A DNA stretch of 64,000 bases from Lama guanicoe (Eukaryota): the NCBI GenBank assembly GCA_013239625.1, contig MU054187.1, positions 19,274,711 to 19,338,710 of the forward strand, given 5' to 3'. How positions within the stretch are numbered: the stretch's first letter is position 1; each line of letters starts with the position of its first letter. Shown here piece by piece: positions 23,641-37,380 of this stretch. The notes beneath the pieces are model-generated. The model was not told the DNA's origin, searched no databases, and saw only the letters and a list, made by a program, of their open reading frames with translations. Made by a program: the position numbers and the translations under genes.

Positions 23641-26117
23641 AAATCACACCTGAACTCACTGCAGTGTGACTTCGGTAGACACTGCGGTGTGTCATCCAGT
23701 AGGACGTGACGAGCTCCCCTCCAGTCAGGTTTGAGTAATCCTGCTGAATCTGGAGATTCTGGTCTGGATTGGTTTTTGTTTGTTTCTGTTTCCATAGTTA
23801 GTTGGGAAGTATGAGGTCAGATTTAAAAGAGGGCCTGATGGCACAGGGCCTGCCAGGTACTGCTGACACGGAGGCAGGCCAGGTTAACCACATGGAAATA
23901 ACTTCTTCTCAGAGAAACATGCTGTTTCTCATTTTTCTTTAAAGGTACAATCCACTCATGCTGTCTTTTGTTTTTCCTTTACCTTAAGAAAACTACAGCA
24001 CAAAAAATAGTGAGAAATGGTGATCGAGACTCAACCTGATGGCTGGCGAGTAACAGAGCAGGGTGGGGCACAGGAGGAAATTATTACTCCACACGCTCCA
24101 AGTTGGGCGTTAGTTGCCATTCATTTAAAAGACAACAGGGAGAATGTTCTATAGTCTTAGAAGGTGGAAGAACTGGGCTCCACAACTGAGCAAGAGCCTT
24201 GAGAATCTGTGTGAACACCACGGATGTATGAAATAGGACTAATGTTTCTGTTTTACAAATCACCTTCTAAAATCTGAAGGATGAAATGGACTCTGCTGAC
24301 TGTCTGCGGATGGCTTTCATTTGCATAGGGTTTCCAAGAACTTTCAGGGCACATGCTTAATGTGAAAAGTCTAACATACTGTAAGTCTTTTACAATAACG
24401 GTATTAAAACCCTTAGACTGTCTAGGGATCTTTGAAATCGAGTCCAACAGATTTCTATTTACTTCTTATTTATAAAAAAATAATTGCAGCAGTTTAAGAT
24501 ATGAGTAGCGCTTGCGAGGGTAAACTTTTCTTTTCTTGGATTCAGAAACCTTTATACAGCTTCTAGTTTGGCAAACAAATATCAAAAATATGGAATTCCC
24601 CTTAGAGATACGTGTATCAGTAAAGTCATCAAATTTAGAACAGCAAGCCCCAGATGGTCGAGTAGCAGCAACAAAAATCGCTTTCCTTGCCAACATGAAT
24701 TTCATAAAGCAGAAATCATTCTCAGGCACACAGAGACAGACACACCGAGTCCCACGGATACTTATGGCCATCTGCTTGGTACCAGGTTCTGTACTTTATT
24801 ACACGGTCCATAAAACATTACTTTAAAAAACAAACACTGAGGCTCCAAAATGAACTGTTTGCTCTTAGTGGTAAAGGCACCGAAGCCGTTATGGAAAGAG
24901 TGACCTGTACTCCTGCGTTTCAGAGTGAGACAGGGTGGTGAGTGCGTGTGTGACCGGCAGGATTTAAAAGCACAAGCCAGGCCAACAGCAAACCTTGTTT
25001 GGATGGGGCTGCTTTGAACATTTTAACTTCTATTCCTTTTTTCTTTCTGATAGTCTGTTTAACCTAAGTTTCTGGCATTCAGTGTTTGGGACTATGAATG
25101 TGACAGGACTGCCATGTAAACATAAGTGTCTTTGTCTGATCATGATTGACAGAAGAGGGACCGAACCCTGACTCCCCATCACTCAGAGAGAAAGAAAGTG
25201 AGGGGGATGAGGATGAGAGCCACAGGTCTTCATTACTCCACCATAAGGACTTCCTAAAAATCATAAAAGGAACTGTAGTTCAATAGAAACTCAGAGCTTG
25301 AAAGCTAAGTCTTAGCAGGTGGACGGCCTTTTGAGCGCCTTGGGGCTTCTGGAGGTGGAGGGCTGGGCGATGCAGGCTGGAGTCGGGATGCGGAGCCCTG
25401 AGCTACCTTTAAGGAGCTTAAAGTCTCACAGTTATAAAAAGCAGACACCATCCTCACATGAACATTTGCCATATTTCGATACTGCACCTTCCTGAATAAT
25501 CTTTGATGCTCTATTTACTTCAAAGAAGATAGAATTTTTTGACCCAGTTCACATCGCTGATTAGCGATATTCTAGCCGCCAGATAAATAAATCTCCATTG
25601 AATCCAGTTTGTGGGATCCAAGAGCAATTTATGGATCAATCTGGAGCTATGTGGGGCTTAGCTGGTTTTGTGAAAATAGTTATAACACAACAGTGGAAGA
25701 AATCAATAAAGATTTATTAAGGTTTGTCTTTCTTTGTATAGTTTAAAAACAGGTTCAGACCCATTAAAATGGCCTTTAATATTTTTGGAGTTGAAACATT
25801 ACACTGTACTCTCTCTGATTCTTCTCTTCAGTTCTTTTCACATACATTCAGGCTTTCTCCTGGACACCTGTGAGCATGTCTGGCTGCCCCTGCCAGGCTT
25901 TGTCAGCCTCATCAGGTGATGACACCTGAATTCTGTGCCCAGATACCCACAGGCAATAAGCTTTCCTCCTATTTCCATTATCTTTCTGCAGCAGAGAAAA
26001 AATGCATAGCACTTAAGCTTTGTGAGTACCATTTGGAGGCCCATCTGATACTCTTCCAAAGCAGGCAATTAAAGAGTTTGGCTGAAAATCTGCTTTTTAA
26101 AACACGTAAGAAAAGTT

Positions 26118-26880
26118 AATAACTTCCACTTATTGAATATCTATTATGTGGCAGGTACTTTTTAACTTGGAGCCTCACCTGGGAAGATCAGGTTACATTT
26201 AACTCTTCACGGGACTGTTGTGAGCTACAGGGAGGTGTGGGAGATTTAGTAAATGGTCACAAGTCTTCCCCTCACTGTATCCTCACTCCCTATCCTGTGA
26301 CTGTATAGGTCCTTCCGACAAGAAGTGGTGTCTATTTCTATATCCTTAATTCTGTGCTGGCCTTTTGATGCACTTTGTCCCACAGAATGCAGCCCAAGCA
26401 AGTGTCAGTTCTGAACGGAGATCATAGCTCTGTATGGTTCTGCTCTCATTCTTGGAACCCTGCTGATCCTTCAAGTGAAAAAGCCCAGACTAGCCTGCTG
26501 GATGAGAGACATGTGGCTCAGGTGTCCTCACTGTCCCCTAATTGTCAGCCATTTGCCAGAAGCAGAGATACCCAGCTGACTGCAAACTGACCAGAGATAC
26601 ATACATGAACCCAACCCAGACCAGAAGAACTGCCACACTGAGTCAGCCCCAGCTATAAACCACAGAATCAGGAGCTAAGTAAATGGCTGTTGCTTTAAGC
26701 TGTTAAACTGTGGGGTGGTTTGTTAGGCAGCAAAACTAACTGATACAAAAGGTATTATTCTTTTCACTGTACTAAAAAGAGGTACAGAAAGGTTAGTAAC
26801 TTGTCCAAGGTCACTTAAGTGGTGAGTGGTAAAGCAATCAGGTATTCCATCTGCCTTACGAGCTCACAGTCTGAGTTGCT
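26118..26880 (-). mobile_element. MIR split by the MLT1 LTR at 26236-26747
   Basis: ttattgaatatctattatgtggcaggtact...catttaactcttca before the LTR; tattatt...agaggtacagaaaggttagtaacttgtccaaggtcac after it. Confidence 0.65.
26236..26747 (+). mobile_element. MLT1 (G/H-like) solo LTR
   Basis: tgtgggagatt...aaatggtcacaag...gactagcctgctggatgagagacatgtggc...ttgctttaagc...ggggtggtttgttaggcagcaaaactaactgataca. Confidence 0.8.
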
Positions 26881-27153
26881 TCACTGTGCTGACTCTTTTT
26901 GATGCAAATAAGGAAGTCCGTGTTAAGTGCCTTCTACATGTTCTGTGTTGGGCCAGACATATTTCTTACACTTAGGAAGCTTACAGTCTCCATTTTGTTT
27001 TTCCCTAAGGAACTTGCAGTTTGATAGTTTTGCTTATGCAACTGCCTTCACCTCAAATACATTTTTTAACTGATTTTTCACCACTGAAAGCTGCTCACGT
27101 GTAACCTCTCAGAAACATGCCTAGTATCCCAAGACAGAATTAGAATTTCTGAC

Positions 27154-27643
27154 CTGCAGTTCACTGAAAAAAGAACCACAACAACTCTCGTCTTCCTTCA
27201 TCCTCACCCTTTGTAGTGCGACTTTTCAGTACCATTCGTTAAGAGGTGAAATCTGTTCCCTTACGCCTTGAATCTAGACTGGACTTGTGACTTGCTTTGG
27301 CTGAGAAATGTGACAGAGGTGATGGTGTGCCAGACATTCATTCTGTAGATGACCCTAACTCCATCATGTGAGCAAGACCAGGCTAGCTCTGCTGAAGGAT
27401 AAGAAACCATAAGGTCTAGCATTCCATCAGCCAGGATGTTCCAGCTGAAGTCCCCAGACGTGCAGGGACCTAGCCAAGAGGAGCAAAGCCAAACCCCGGT
27501 GAGTACTGCTGGATGTGGATAGCTAGTTGAGACCAGAACTGCTCAGCTGAGTCCAGCCTAAACCGCCAACTGCAGAATCAAAAGCTAAACAAATGCTCAA
27601 ATTAAGCCTCTAAGTTTGTTATGAAGCAAAAGATAATGGATAC
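27154..27643 (+). mobile_element. Second MLT1 (G/H-like) LTR
   Basis: ccttgaatctagactggacttgtgacttgctttgg...gctcagctgagtccagcctaaa...gtttgttatgaagcaaaagataatggataca. Confidence 0.75.
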
Positions 27644-27788
27644 AGATCTTTGTACTCTTCTGGCATTTTTTTAAAACTTGTTTTTGGAATAGCACATATA
27701 TTTGATAAATGTTCAATCAATGAATGAATTAAATGATTAAATATTTAATTACACTGAGATAAGATTTCTCTAACAAAACAACTTTGAT

Positions 27789-28099
27789 CTTTATTTTTTT
27801 ATTTTTTATTTTTTTTTAAATTGAAGTAGAGTTGATTTACAATGTTGTGTTAGTTTCTGGTGTATAGCATAGTGTTTCAGTTATATATATATATATATTT
27901 TTTTTTCTTTTTTCATATTCCTTTTCATTATAGGTTATTACAAGCTCTTGAATATAGTTCCCTGTGATATACAGTGGGATCTTGTTGTTAATTTATTTTA
28001 TATATAGTAGTTTTCATCTGCTAATCCCGAACTCTTAATTTATCCCTTCTCCCACCCCTGCTTTCCCTTTGGTAACCATAAGTTTGTTCTCTACGTCTG
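27789..28099 (-). mobile_element. L1 3' end
   Basis: T-rich tail, attgaagtagagttgatttacaatg...ggtaaccataagtttgttctct. Confidence 0.9.
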
Positions 28100-28518
28100 A
28101 CTTTTTATTTTTATATTGAAGTGAATAACTTCTATCTTTCCTGGCTGTGAGATAGAGCCACATTTCACACATGGCTTGATACTTACCAGGGGTGCTCAAT
28201 ACACGTTAGCTCGCATTGATTCTGTATGTGAATTAAAATGCCAAGCAAAACAAAAGCCAAAGCAAACACTGTAGCATTGGGGCATGCAGTTTTTCCCAAA
28301 TCCTTTCAAAATCAGGACAAACGCTCCTGGTGTTTGTGAGATAGAGATTTAGGGCAAGGGACATGCTTTTCCCCCCTTAATATTGGTAAGCTTCCTTTTC
28401 TTTGAAAGCATACACTCTTGAAATGACCCATCGCTGCTCAAGCCACCCAATTTCAAAGAGTGGGAGAACTCTGCTATAGAAAGACAATCACAAGAGGCAT
28501 TCCCCACCCCTCAAGGCT

Positions 28519-28676
28519 AGTAGTTCTCAACTCTGGTTGCACAGTGGAAGTACGGTGGGGGAGTTAAAAATACCTTCAGAGAATGGTTTAATTAGTTTGG
28601 GGGTATACCCTGCAAACAGGGACTTCTAAAAGTCCCTGGAGTGATTTCACTGAATACCCAAAGCGGAGAACCACTC
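28519..28676. mobile_element. MER5A-like DNA transposon remnant
   Basis: Ends tagtagttctcaac / gagaaccact form the inverted termini; internal ttaattagtttgggg...ttctaaaagtccc...gtgattt. Confidence 0.7.
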
Positions 28677-29409
28677 TTCAAACCCTTCCCCAGAGTGTTT
28701 ACATCAGTCAAACGGTTATTACTGGATTTAACTTTTAAGACAGACCTAAGTAAACTTTCTGTTTTATATGCCTCTAATCAAAACACAGCACTGGAATACT
28801 ATGGCTAGAAAACAATATAACGAACAATAACTGGCTCAAAAGGAATTAATGAATAATGATCAGATGAGTAACTTCCTGATGATCCACTCGACAAACAGAA
28901 TATGAACACTTGGCAGGGTCTTACCTGTCTTCGAGGCCTCAAGTATAATTAGGTGTTCAGAATTTTATTGCCCTAAATTAAAATACTACGTAACACTAGA
29001 AATTGTATTAAGTAATAAATTCAAACGAAATGGCATTTAAGCGCATTAACCTAAAATCTTTGCTTGAAAACGTACCTTATAGGAATAATAATTTATCACA
29101 AATTAAGGTATAGTTTAATAGTAAAATGATTTTGAGTTCAGATTCAATGTGGTATATCAAAAACCTGTGGCCTTTTCTTAACGTGTAAGTGACTCTCAAG
29201 TGGCAACAGTTATTATTTTTAAGGATTGTGTTTTTCAAAAAGGGCTAGAAAATGATCAATAATAATCTTATGCTATAAACTATACAATGCATGCAAATTG
29301 CTTTAGTACCAAAATTTCATCCTCAATAAACTCCATAGCTAGATCACAAATAGACCTCTAACACATACATATTCGGAGAGTCAGCATTATTCTAAGCCAC
29401 AGATTTTAG

Positions 29410-29530
29410 GAGAGAAAAATCTGGTTTGGCTCTCAGATTTCATAGAAATGGAAAATGAGGTCCAGAGAGGTGAGTAAGTCAAGCAAAGCGCCCAGCACCC
29501 AATGGCTGGGGATGGAGCCCGGAAGCCTGA
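29410..29530 (-). mobile_element. MIR fragment
   Basis: tttcatagaaatggaaaatgaggtccagagaggtgagtaa...ggatggagcccgg. Confidence 0.6.
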
Positions 29531-29799
29531 GCCTGTGCCATCTCACGTCTCCGGCGGTGGCGCAGGGAGGGTAACAGCACAGCGCGTTCTAGCCGGACAG
29601 TGACCGGGGCTGGCTGGGACGGGCCCCGGATTTTGCCAACTTCTGCTCCAAGTGGCTCTGTTCCTGGAGGATCTTGGCCACAGGAGAATGAGTTATCACC
29701 TTCGATTCCATTTCCCCTTAAGACCAAACAAACTGGAGTCAACTCTAGCCATTTAATACATTAGGTATAAAGGCAATACCTGTATTTTTTCTAGTCTAT

Positions 29800-29975
29800 C
29801 ATTAATTTTTACATTAACATGGTACATCTGTTATAATTAATGACCCAGTGTTGGGACGTTATTATTAACTAATGACCATAGTTAATTCAGATTTCCTTAG
29901 CTTTTACCCAATGTCCTTTTTTGTTGTTGGTGTTTCAGGATCCCATCCAGGGTACCATGTTGCATTGAATTTGCT
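29800..29975 (-). mobile_element. Old L1MC/MD-like 3'UTR fragment
   Basis: ttattattaactaa...attcagatttccttagcttttacccaatgtcc...caggatcccatccagggtacca. Confidence 0.7.
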
Positions 29976-30005
29976 CTATTTTTCATTACTTCCACTGTGT
30001 ATATC

Positions 30006-30030
30006 TGTGTGTGTGTGTGTCTGTGTGTGT
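30006..30030 (+). repeat. Interrupted (TG)n microsatellite
   Basis: tgtgtgtgtgtgtgtctgtgtgtgt. Confidence 0.9.
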
Positions 30031-32334
30031 CAGGGAGTATGTGTTGGGAATATGAATATCTCTCTTCTTCTGTTTAGCCAATTAAGGGCAAAATCCTACA
30101 AATCACTGTCCTCATATGCTCTGATGTAAAAGAAAAGGGCATTTGTTAATGAAGTAATTTGGAGTTCTAATTATGAGAAAAACACTGTGGATAAGAGGAT
30201 GATTAGGTTAAAAAGAATTTGACATTTGGAGGGACCTAGAAATATGGTCTCTGACTTCAACATAGATTAACAAAATCTAAAAAGCAAGGGATGGGAGCAG
30301 AGGAGTGTGAGTTCCAAGCAATAAAAGGCAGTTCACATAGAATGATAGTAATGCTGGAGAAGGAAGTAATTTTGTGCAATTTATCATCATTTACTTTAGG
30401 GGAGTCTGCATTTTTAAAATCCACAGAAATGCAGTCACGGTTTCCTTGCCAATATTTGTATAAAACATTTTCCAAACAAGACTGATTCATCTTACTCTGA
30501 AATGAATTGTTAGATCACAACAGAGAATGTTAAAGAGTTTGCATCCCTTATAGAAATGCCAAACAGTTTACTCTGCCTGATGCTGCACTATAAATAGGGA
30601 AATCCAAATGCTAAAAATGTTCTTCAAGTTGCCAAACATAGTTCTTTAGCATCTACTTCCTTGTACAAGTGACTCATTCTTCTAAAGTTTGAAAATGAAA
30701 GCTAGTTACAATTCACGGAGAAATGCTGTAGTGTACATCGATCAGCTAAATGTAAAAGGTATTTCATTTACATACATTTCTTTTCCCTTAGATTATACCC
30801 ATTGAAAGGCTTCTTTGGGCGTTTATTGAAGTTTTATTAAAGAGTAGTCACTCTGATGACAGATTTTTAAACTAACAATTAGAACAGCCAAGCAACTTGA
30901 ATATTGCTGGAAAATAATGATGCTGACTTAAATCGTTTTGAAATTCATTAGCTGCATTTGGATGTAAAAGATGTAAAATTTATTTGCTGTAATAAAAATA
31001 TGTTAATAGTGAAGTCATAACATAAAAACTAATTAGGCCACCAAATAAGATGGCACCAATAATGCCCCAATGGCCAAGCACAAAAGGAAATTAAACTCTA
31101 AGATATTTTACCTGATTAAGAAAAACAGGACTCTTGGGAAGAAATCACCCTTTGTTGTAAAAAAGAATAATAAATAGGGGAAATGCTACTGATTTATGAT
31201 TGGCATTTCAAAATAGTATAACCATGGATATCTTGCAATAAATAATAAATAAGAGAACAGAAATCATATAGAGATTTGCATCACACGTCTGAGGTTAGCA
31301 TTTATTTGAAGAGATAACTGCCGATTTTCACAGAAATCTACAGGAGATGTTCATGTGATGTGGATGGAGCAAGGGAGGCCAAGAGTGGATTCACGTTTTC
31401 TTCCAATCAACTGATTATACCACTGGCCTTTAATCTTCCTTCTGCAACTCATCAGGCCTCTTGCTGGCCAGTTACCAATCATTTACTGCAGGAGGAGAAG
31501 ATTCTGTTTAAACTGAATACAAATAATTACTGCAACCTTTTTTCCTGGCTTCATTCAAGGCTTTTCCACCTGTTTTGACCTGCACAGTTATACTTTTGCA
31601 AACCTCCATGGGAGATATTCTAATTATTTTAAAATCTCGTGGTATATAAGAAAGAAGTGATCTAAGTAAAATTATCTGATTTTAGGTAAGTTATTGTTCA
31701 AGATTATGTTATCATATTCATTTAAATACAAATTTTAATAATTTTACTTTGACTTTTTCTTATTTAGTAAGTGGATGTGCTATTTAATTAACTTTAAATT
31801 CATTGTCTAATAAAGTGCATGACTCGCAGACTAATTTTTGAAAAGGCATACTGGTGTGTAATTGATTTGGGGGCCAGAATTATCAGTTTTAAACTCTATT
31901 TAATATGTTCTGATGTCAAAATAGAAAATGGGGTCCTGAAAACACAGAATGAGTGTGATGACCACACACAAAGGTCACACAAAGGAATCCACCCTGGAAG
32001 AGCAAGTCAAAACTTGTCTCCCTCACACAGCCCTCTGGGTTCTGGAGAAGACTCGAGTCCGGAGCCAGGACCCAGACATCTCCACATACACCACAGCAGA
32101 GCCGGGCTACATGTGACGTTACATAAATGAGGCTGACGTGCCCACAGCTACCCACGAATCACATCTATGGGGGTTCCGAAGCTCTTTGGTACTGGCCTGT
32201 CACAAAGCCAACATTTCTACCTAAAAGACCAAAAAGGCCACAGAATTTAGACACTATGGGAAAAAACTGATCTCAAAACCAGGAATAGTTGTTTCTTTAC
32301 AGAAAATGTTTGTTCTTAGCTTAGGACCCTATCA

Positions 32335-32615
32335 TTAAAGACCATTCAGACATCAAAAAGATAATAAAGGGAAACTACAAACAACTCTGCACACAGAAAC
32401 GCGACAATTTAGGTGAAACAGACCAATTCCTTAAAAACTACTAATTATTGCAACTCATCCAATATGAAATAAATAGATGGAAAAGCCTTTTTGCTACTAA
32501 GGAATCGAAGATGTAATTTTAAAACTCCCCAAATAGAAATCTTCAGATCCAGACAGTTTCACTGGAGAATTCTAACAAATGTTTAAAGAACTAATGCTAA
32601 TTCTTCACAATCTGT
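32335..32615 (+). mobile_element. Old L1M ORF2 internal fragment
   Basis: gacatcaaaaagataataaaggg...gaccaattcctt...ccagacagtttcactggagaattctaacaaatgtttaaagaa resembles the L1 ORF2 PGPDGFTGEFYQTFKEE region; degenerate. Confidence 0.8.
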
Positions 32616-33719
32616 AACTGTTTATTAGAAGACACAGAACAAAATTTGGTTCTTTCATGTCAACCAGGAAGGAGTCCACAGAGTTCATTCTGCACACTCA
32701 CCTCCCTCCTTCCTCCATCTCTCCTACCATCTATTCCTTGTGCCTAGTTTTACCTTCACCTCTTTTTAACTCACTCTGTCTTGATGTGTTGTATATTGTA
32801 TCTTATTCTTGAAAGCCCTTTTGGAGGATGTAAGGATATCAACAAACAGTTTCTAGCTGATAAAGATGAAAAGACCTTGGTGATAACCCCATTCTCTCCC
32901 CCGCACCTAAAGATGGGCGGGGATTCAGGGATCCCAAATGTAACATGTTGGTTTTCCCTCATGCCTGACTGTCTCCTGTGACACTGGGCTCTCTCGTCTC
33001 TCCTCTGCCCAAGGGATGTCCTTAGACCTTTCTCCCGACCTTAGAGAAGAAAAAATTCAGGCAATTCTGCCTTCTGCATCTTGCTTTGGAGGAACCCAAG
33101 AAAATTCTGAGAAACCTGCAGTATGTAAATCAATTAAATTTTGTTTAAACCATGTCTCTCAAACATCTGATCATAAATAAATTTTTTTTCCTTTCCTTTT
33201 CTAGAAGTGTGGTGGAGAGCTGCGCCCATGAACACCCCTCAGAACACACTGGGTTGAGGTGAGGTTTCCAGAAGGCAGCTGTCTAAATCCCCACGGCGGG
33301 AGAGAGAGAACAGTCAAACGTCCATCTTACTAACACATTGGCCTGAACAGTGGCTTCTCTCAACAGTGTTGTCAAGTCCAGCAACACTGCTGGTCTCAGA
33401 GCCACTGTCCATCAAGGTACAGAACTCACTCAGCTGTAGGATGCAGCTCAACCAACAGCCACGGGATGCGGGGCCCTGAATCCTGTGTTTACCATGCAGC
33501 ATTAATCTGCACCCGATTTTGAATTCTAGTAGGATGGAAGTTACAAACATTATTCCTCCACTGACATAAATGCCAAGAGACAAAGGGTGCACAGTTCCAA
33601 AACCAACGGTATAACACACTGTGTCACCTCTGTGGAGATGGTGTGTTTGTAGACCCCAAAAGGGACAGGATCATCAAGCAAACCACTGTGATACAGGAGC
33701 CCACCTGGGGTTGGGCGCA

Positions 33720-33945
33720 TGGAGCCCTGAGGCCCAGACTGTGGCGCAGAGGGCCCCGATGCCAGTGCTGTCTACCTTGCCCGCCTGTGTGACCTTGGAC
33801 AAGTTACTCACCCTCTCTGAGCTTCCATTTCCTCTTCAGTAAAATAATCGTAACAATAGTAATTAGGGTAGTCAGGTGGATTAAATGAGTGAATATTTGC
33901 AAAGTGCTTCCCTCACAGTAAATACAACGTAAGTTTGTTAAATGG
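33720..33945 (+). mobile_element. MIR
   Basis: ctgtgtgaccttggacaagttactcaccctctctgagcttccatttcctc...ggattaaatgagtgaatatttgcaaagtgctt. Confidence 0.8.
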
Positions 33946-36369
33946 AATAGTATCATTAAGTGTTTACTCCAATTCCTCTCTATTGGTGTATGTCTCCTTT
34001 CATAATAGACAAAGATGATGCACAGCATTGGTGACAGCGAGAGCCTCCCGCTCCTCATTTTAAGACAGCCGGGCCTGATTAATTACAAGAATGCAAATGA
34101 GGTCGGACCAGGCCGTTATGCATCTAAGGCGCACGTGCTCCCCTGTGAGGGCTGTGGTCGCACGTCACAGAGAGCCTGGTTGTCCCTTGTGCCAGCTCAC
34201 GGTCAGGCCTCGAGTGCGGTGGTTATCGGGGATTCTGGCAGCACAGGAAGAAGAGGGCAGAGCAGGAGGAAGGGCTGCCAGACTCACAGAGGGGCCAGCG
34301 ATAGCCCCGCAAGCTATGTCTCCCTAGGGGCTCGCAGGTCCTGAGCCATAGGCAGCCTCTCCGAAGATCCCCTGGCGGGGGCAGTAGGCACTGATCCTGC
34401 CTCTGTCTCCCCTCCCTTAGCAGCCCCACACTCCGTTGTTAAAAATAATAAAATGAAAGCGACTTGTAAAGCAGACAAAATAAAGGTACTCCAAAGACTG
34501 AAGCAGTATAGGGAAATAGTTTGGTAACACCTTGATTCTCTTTTCTTGATGTCTTTGGTATTTACTTGGAAAGAGTGCCCTACATTTCCTATGTTTTTAA
34601 AAGGTTAACAAGTACATCTTTATAAAGATTGCCAAATATGTTTTCAGGAAATGTATATTTCTTAAAAAAAAAAAAAGCAGATCGTGTCTATGAATGATGT
34701 CCCAAGTGCCCAGGTGGCGGTAAAAGAGATCTGTGTTAGGTGTGTAAGGCTAATCCTTATATAAGTTACATAAAAGGCTGAGCTGGGTTTGCAGTAATCT
34801 AATGGCTGATACGCTGATGTCATCATAACTGTAATTCACAATGTCATAATTTATATTATATTGTTCTTGTGAAAAAAATGCAGGGAGTTCCTCTTACAAA
34901 TACAAGACAAGATCAGAGAATATGACAAATCTCTCTCTGAACGTAAGGACGAGGGGCCTGTGAACTTGGCTGGGGATGGCCCGGCCCACCTGCTCTCAGG
35001 GCTCCAATGGACCAGCCGATGTGCTGTGTCTGTGCACATGGCAGCCTGCAACACCTTTTCCTGCTCAGTATGAAACACACACGCACACAACCCAGAAGCC
35101 TGGGGCTGTGCTCAGGGAGGCAGGGGAGCAGGCTGAACACAGAGCCTTAAGAAGCACAAACCCCAGGCCTGACTTGGTCTGGGTTTCCATTTCCGCCAGC
35201 TCAGTTTCCAAGGCAGGGTTCGCACGCTGCTTTGAAGCTGCACTTTTACAGCTGCTGCCTTTAAAGTTGTGAACATTCTGAGCAGGACGCCCTCTGACAC
35301 TGCCCCTAGCAGGGCACTTCATTTTCATTTTTCTCTTACCTTAGGCAGCTCCCACTTGTTTCTGTGAATCATCTGATGGCAGGCATGGGTTATTTTTCAT
35401 TTGCACCAACGTCAGATGCTAATACGTAAGGAGGGATCGCCAAGCAGATTTAGTGTGTTGAGAACGTGTGTCTCACCTTCCATGATTTTCATTTTTTTTA
35501 ACCGCCTTATTGAGATAGGCATGCTGCAATCTTAAAGACTTTTTTTTTTTCATGTGAGACATGCATAATACAGCACAAAGAAAACCATCACTTCCAAGAA
35601 AACTATTTCCTCCAATTCTGTCTTGCATCTATAGTCATGGAAGCTTTAAGAGTTTTTTTTTTTTAAAGCTCCAAGCTCATCTATTGCTTAAGATTTTGAG
35701 ATTCTCCACTGCTCCGAGAGGCTGCTATTCTGTATGCATAGCACAGATCCCTGCCAAGCCTATTACAGTGAATAAACAATGTCTTCTCTGTCAGGACAGG
35801 GAGTGAATAGTATCACAAAATTCTCCTCTAATGTACAGCCTCCATCTCCCCGACCCAACCCCTTCAGAAGAGAACAGGCAGAAGGGGGACTGGTGAGGGA
35901 AACATTATTCTCTCCCTGCCAATCTGGAACTGCTTTCTAGCAAGCTAAGCCCTGAGGGATGTCGACTCTCCATCAACTGCTAAACGGAGAAAGTTGACAA
36001 GTTTATTTTCTTTTAAATTGGATAGTATATTTGTGCATTTCTGTGTGTGCGTGCACACGAATCGCTTTGTCAGGAAGGGAGGAGGCAGTTCATCAGATAT
36101 AATTTCAGGGCTTAGCCAGAAAACAGCTTGTAACTGCAGACTGAGCAGCAACAGGGGAACTTCAGAGAAATGACACAGCAATTTGTGTTAAAATATTGGC
36201 AGCTAATTCATGAATGCTGGAACTGACTGGGGATTCAGCTGCTTCTGTTAAGTCTTTATTCCTGCTAAGCTCATGATTCATAAAGAAAATGCCCAGAGTT
36301 ACCTCTCTGAAAGATACAGTAGGATGCTGGCAGACTTCTTGGGTGTCTCTGTGTCTCATATTCATTAAC

Positions 36370-36397
36370 TCTGTCTCTCTCTCTCACACACACACAC
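36370..36397 (+). repeat. (CT)n(CA)n compound microsatellite
   Basis: tctgtctctctctctcacacacacacac. Confidence 0.9.
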
Positions 36398-36550
36398 TCC
36401 TTCCTCTCCCCCTAAAAGAGACATCAAGCATATAATCTTCCAAAAAAGAACATTCGTTCATGAAGCATTTGTCACCAACCCACGGAAGATTCACTCAGTA
36501 GGTATTTTCATAAAAGAAGAACATGGATTTCTTTTAAACCTTCCACATTT

Positions 36551-36805
36551 GGTGTGGGAAGGGATAAATTGGGAGTTCGAGATTTGCAGATACTAACTAC
36601 TATATATAAATTAGATAAACAAGAAGGCCCTACTGTACAGCACAGGGAACTATATTCAGTATCTTGTAGTGACCTATAATGAAGAAGAATATGAAAAGGA
36701 ATATATGTATGTTCATGTATGACGAAACTATTATGCTGTACACCAGACATTGACACAATATTGTAAACTGACTACACTTCAATAAAAAATAAATAACTCT
36801 GAAAA
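36551..36805 (+). mobile_element. L1 3' end with TSD
   Basis: gggaagggataaattgggagttcgag...cttcaataaaaa; flanks aaaccttccacattt / aaactttcatatttt. Confidence 0.9.
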
Positions 36806-37285
36806 AAACTTTCATATTTTAAGTCTTAGTTGGTGTAAAATACCATGATTCAGGTTCTCTTCCTCCCTTGTGATGTGATTACAGCACATACTTATTTTGA
36901 CCCCTAAAGGAATTACTCAGCTCTTCCTCACACAGGAAGCAATGCTCTTTTAAGCATCAAGCCATGCTGCCCGTTATTTTCACAAATATCTGCGAGACAC
37001 TGACATGAAGGAAAAAAAAAATACAGCGTCCCTTTTCTCCCCTTTTTCCCACACGTTTTGAGCCCAGCTCAATGGGCTCCCGGATTCTGGCGGCATTCTC
37101 CTGGTAACACATTTAGAAGGGACTGCAGGGTATCCCAGCGGCTCTGCTTTGCTGCCTGTGTCCCCCTCGCTTTCTCTCTCCCATGCCACTCTAGGTTTGT
37201 CCTCAACAATTAAGCCTTTGTGCCGTCCCACTGCAACGTGCACGTTCTGATTGCGCCCTCTTCTTGGTACAACGGTAATATTTAC

Positions 37286-37380
37286 CTTGGAGAGAAGCTT
37301 GTCCAAATAAGGATTCAAAATGCTGGCAACGTGCTCCCTTTGAAGTGTAGTTGTGGGGAACGTCTCTCTTCCTTCTTGGC
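37286..37380 (-). other. PAG1: Probable PAG1 upstream non-coding exon (95 nt)
   Basis: Branch point CCCTAAC (37408-37402), tract TTTTTTTCTCTTT, acceptor GTAG|G and donor CAAG|GTAAAT. No ATG inside. PAG1 is known to have several 5' non-coding exons separated by long introns. Confidence 0.75.

Noticed and set aside
28179..28192. U1 snRNA 5'-end look-alike ATACTTACCAGGGG
   Set aside because: Similarity ends after about 10 nt; it is the complement of a donor-like site.
28925..28972. 48-nt minus-strand exon-like segment (TTTAG| ... CAG|GTAAGA)
   Set aside because: A-interrupted tract; such matches are expected by chance in a 32-kb intron.
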